The translations under genes and the position numbers were made by a program. Source: Alphaproteobacteria bacterium (lineage in GTDB: Bacteria; Myxococcota_A; UBA796; UBA2385). From it: 64,000 nt of DNA. The stretch covers positions 63,332-127,331 of the forward strand of contig JACKEY010000009.1 of assembly GCA_020632755.1 (NCBI GenBank), read 5' to 3'. A model generated the notes under the pieces. It did not search any database. It saw nothing but the letters and a program-made list of their open reading frames with translations, and was not told the DNA's origin. Of the stretch, positions 63,754 to 64,000 are shown piece by piece (the stretch's first letter is position 1; each line of letters begins with the position of its first letter).

Positions 63754-64000
63754 GTGGCCCACCTCATCTTCCGGCGCGGCGACACGCGCATCGTCGACTA
63801 CCGCCTGCGCCCCGGTCCCACGACCATCGGCCGGGCAGACTCCTGCGACGTGGCGCTGCCGGGCGGCGAGATCAGCCGCACCCACTGCATCGTGCAGTCC
63901 CGCGACGACGGCTGGGAGCTGGTCGACCGGTCCAGGCACGGGGTCACCGTCGACGGCGAGCCCGTCAAGCGCGCCCTGTTGGCGGACGGCGCCCGGATCG
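63754..64000 (+). CDS. FHA-domain protein, 5' part (runs off the window)
   Basis: GTG after GGAGGGA. VAHLIFRRGD...TTIGRADSCDVALPGGEISRTHCIV...WELVDRSRHGVTVDGEPV. Not in the ORF track because there is no stop inside the window. Confidence 0.7.
   Translation, partial: MAHLIFRRGDTRIVDYRLRPGPTTIGRADSCDVALPGGEISRTHCIVQSRDDGWELVDRSRHGVTVDGEPVKRALLADGARI

Overview
This is a very GC-rich bacterial chromosome segment. Third codon positions are almost all G/C, so all six frames carry long shadow ORFs, and most of the longest ORFs in the track are artefacts or run-throughs. Several markers point to Myxococcota: a MYXO-CTERM-like sorting tail, an Oar-like CarboxypepD_reg plus TonB-type outer-membrane protein, several eukaryotic-like Ser/Thr kinases, FHA, PEGA and FG-GAP proteins, and many lipoproteins. 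I can support about 55 genes. The backbone holds envelope and polysaccharide genes (Wzy_C-like, GT-C-like, M23 peptidase, PlsC-like, MtgA-like), housekeeping genes (moaC, arginine deiminase, infA, tgt, cca, MazG-like, USP, YihY) and secreted hydrolases (sulfatase, matrixin-PKD). Two accessory insertions interrupt it. (1) 15552-23312 is bounded by a perfect 61-bp direct repeat spaced exactly 7700 bp, and the repeat duplicates the terminator hairpin of the neighbouring lipoprotein gene. Its cargo is a translationally coupled trio: a TerB-N/TerB-C protein, a DUF2791/BrxD-like ATPase and an Lhr-like DEAD helicase (Shango-type SngABC architecture). An IS21 istB remnant and small decayed ORFs follow, and no recombinase is present. 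(2) About 33598-44893, directly after infA, is bounded by clustered ACCCGTACAC motifs. Its cargo is a membrane-anchored Ser/Thr kinase plus an 82-aa Cas2-like-fold protein, an XRE repressor, a lipoprotein, an excisionase-like HTH, a 500-aa orphan (possibly Rep-like), a serine recombinase, an RHH protein, a tyrosine integrase and a four-gene type II CBASS (Cap5 HNH-SAVED, CD-NTase, Cap2, Cap3). Other points worth a second look are a 62-aa lipoprotein whose mature part is (Asn-Ala-Cys)x8 encoded by a 9-bp tandem repeat next to a pentaheme cytochrome, three tandem paralogous lipoproteins, Tgt with an RGG-rich tail, a zinc-ribbon/pseudokinase-PP2C fusion and an FHA-EAL fusion. No rRNA, tRNA or CRISPR array was seen.
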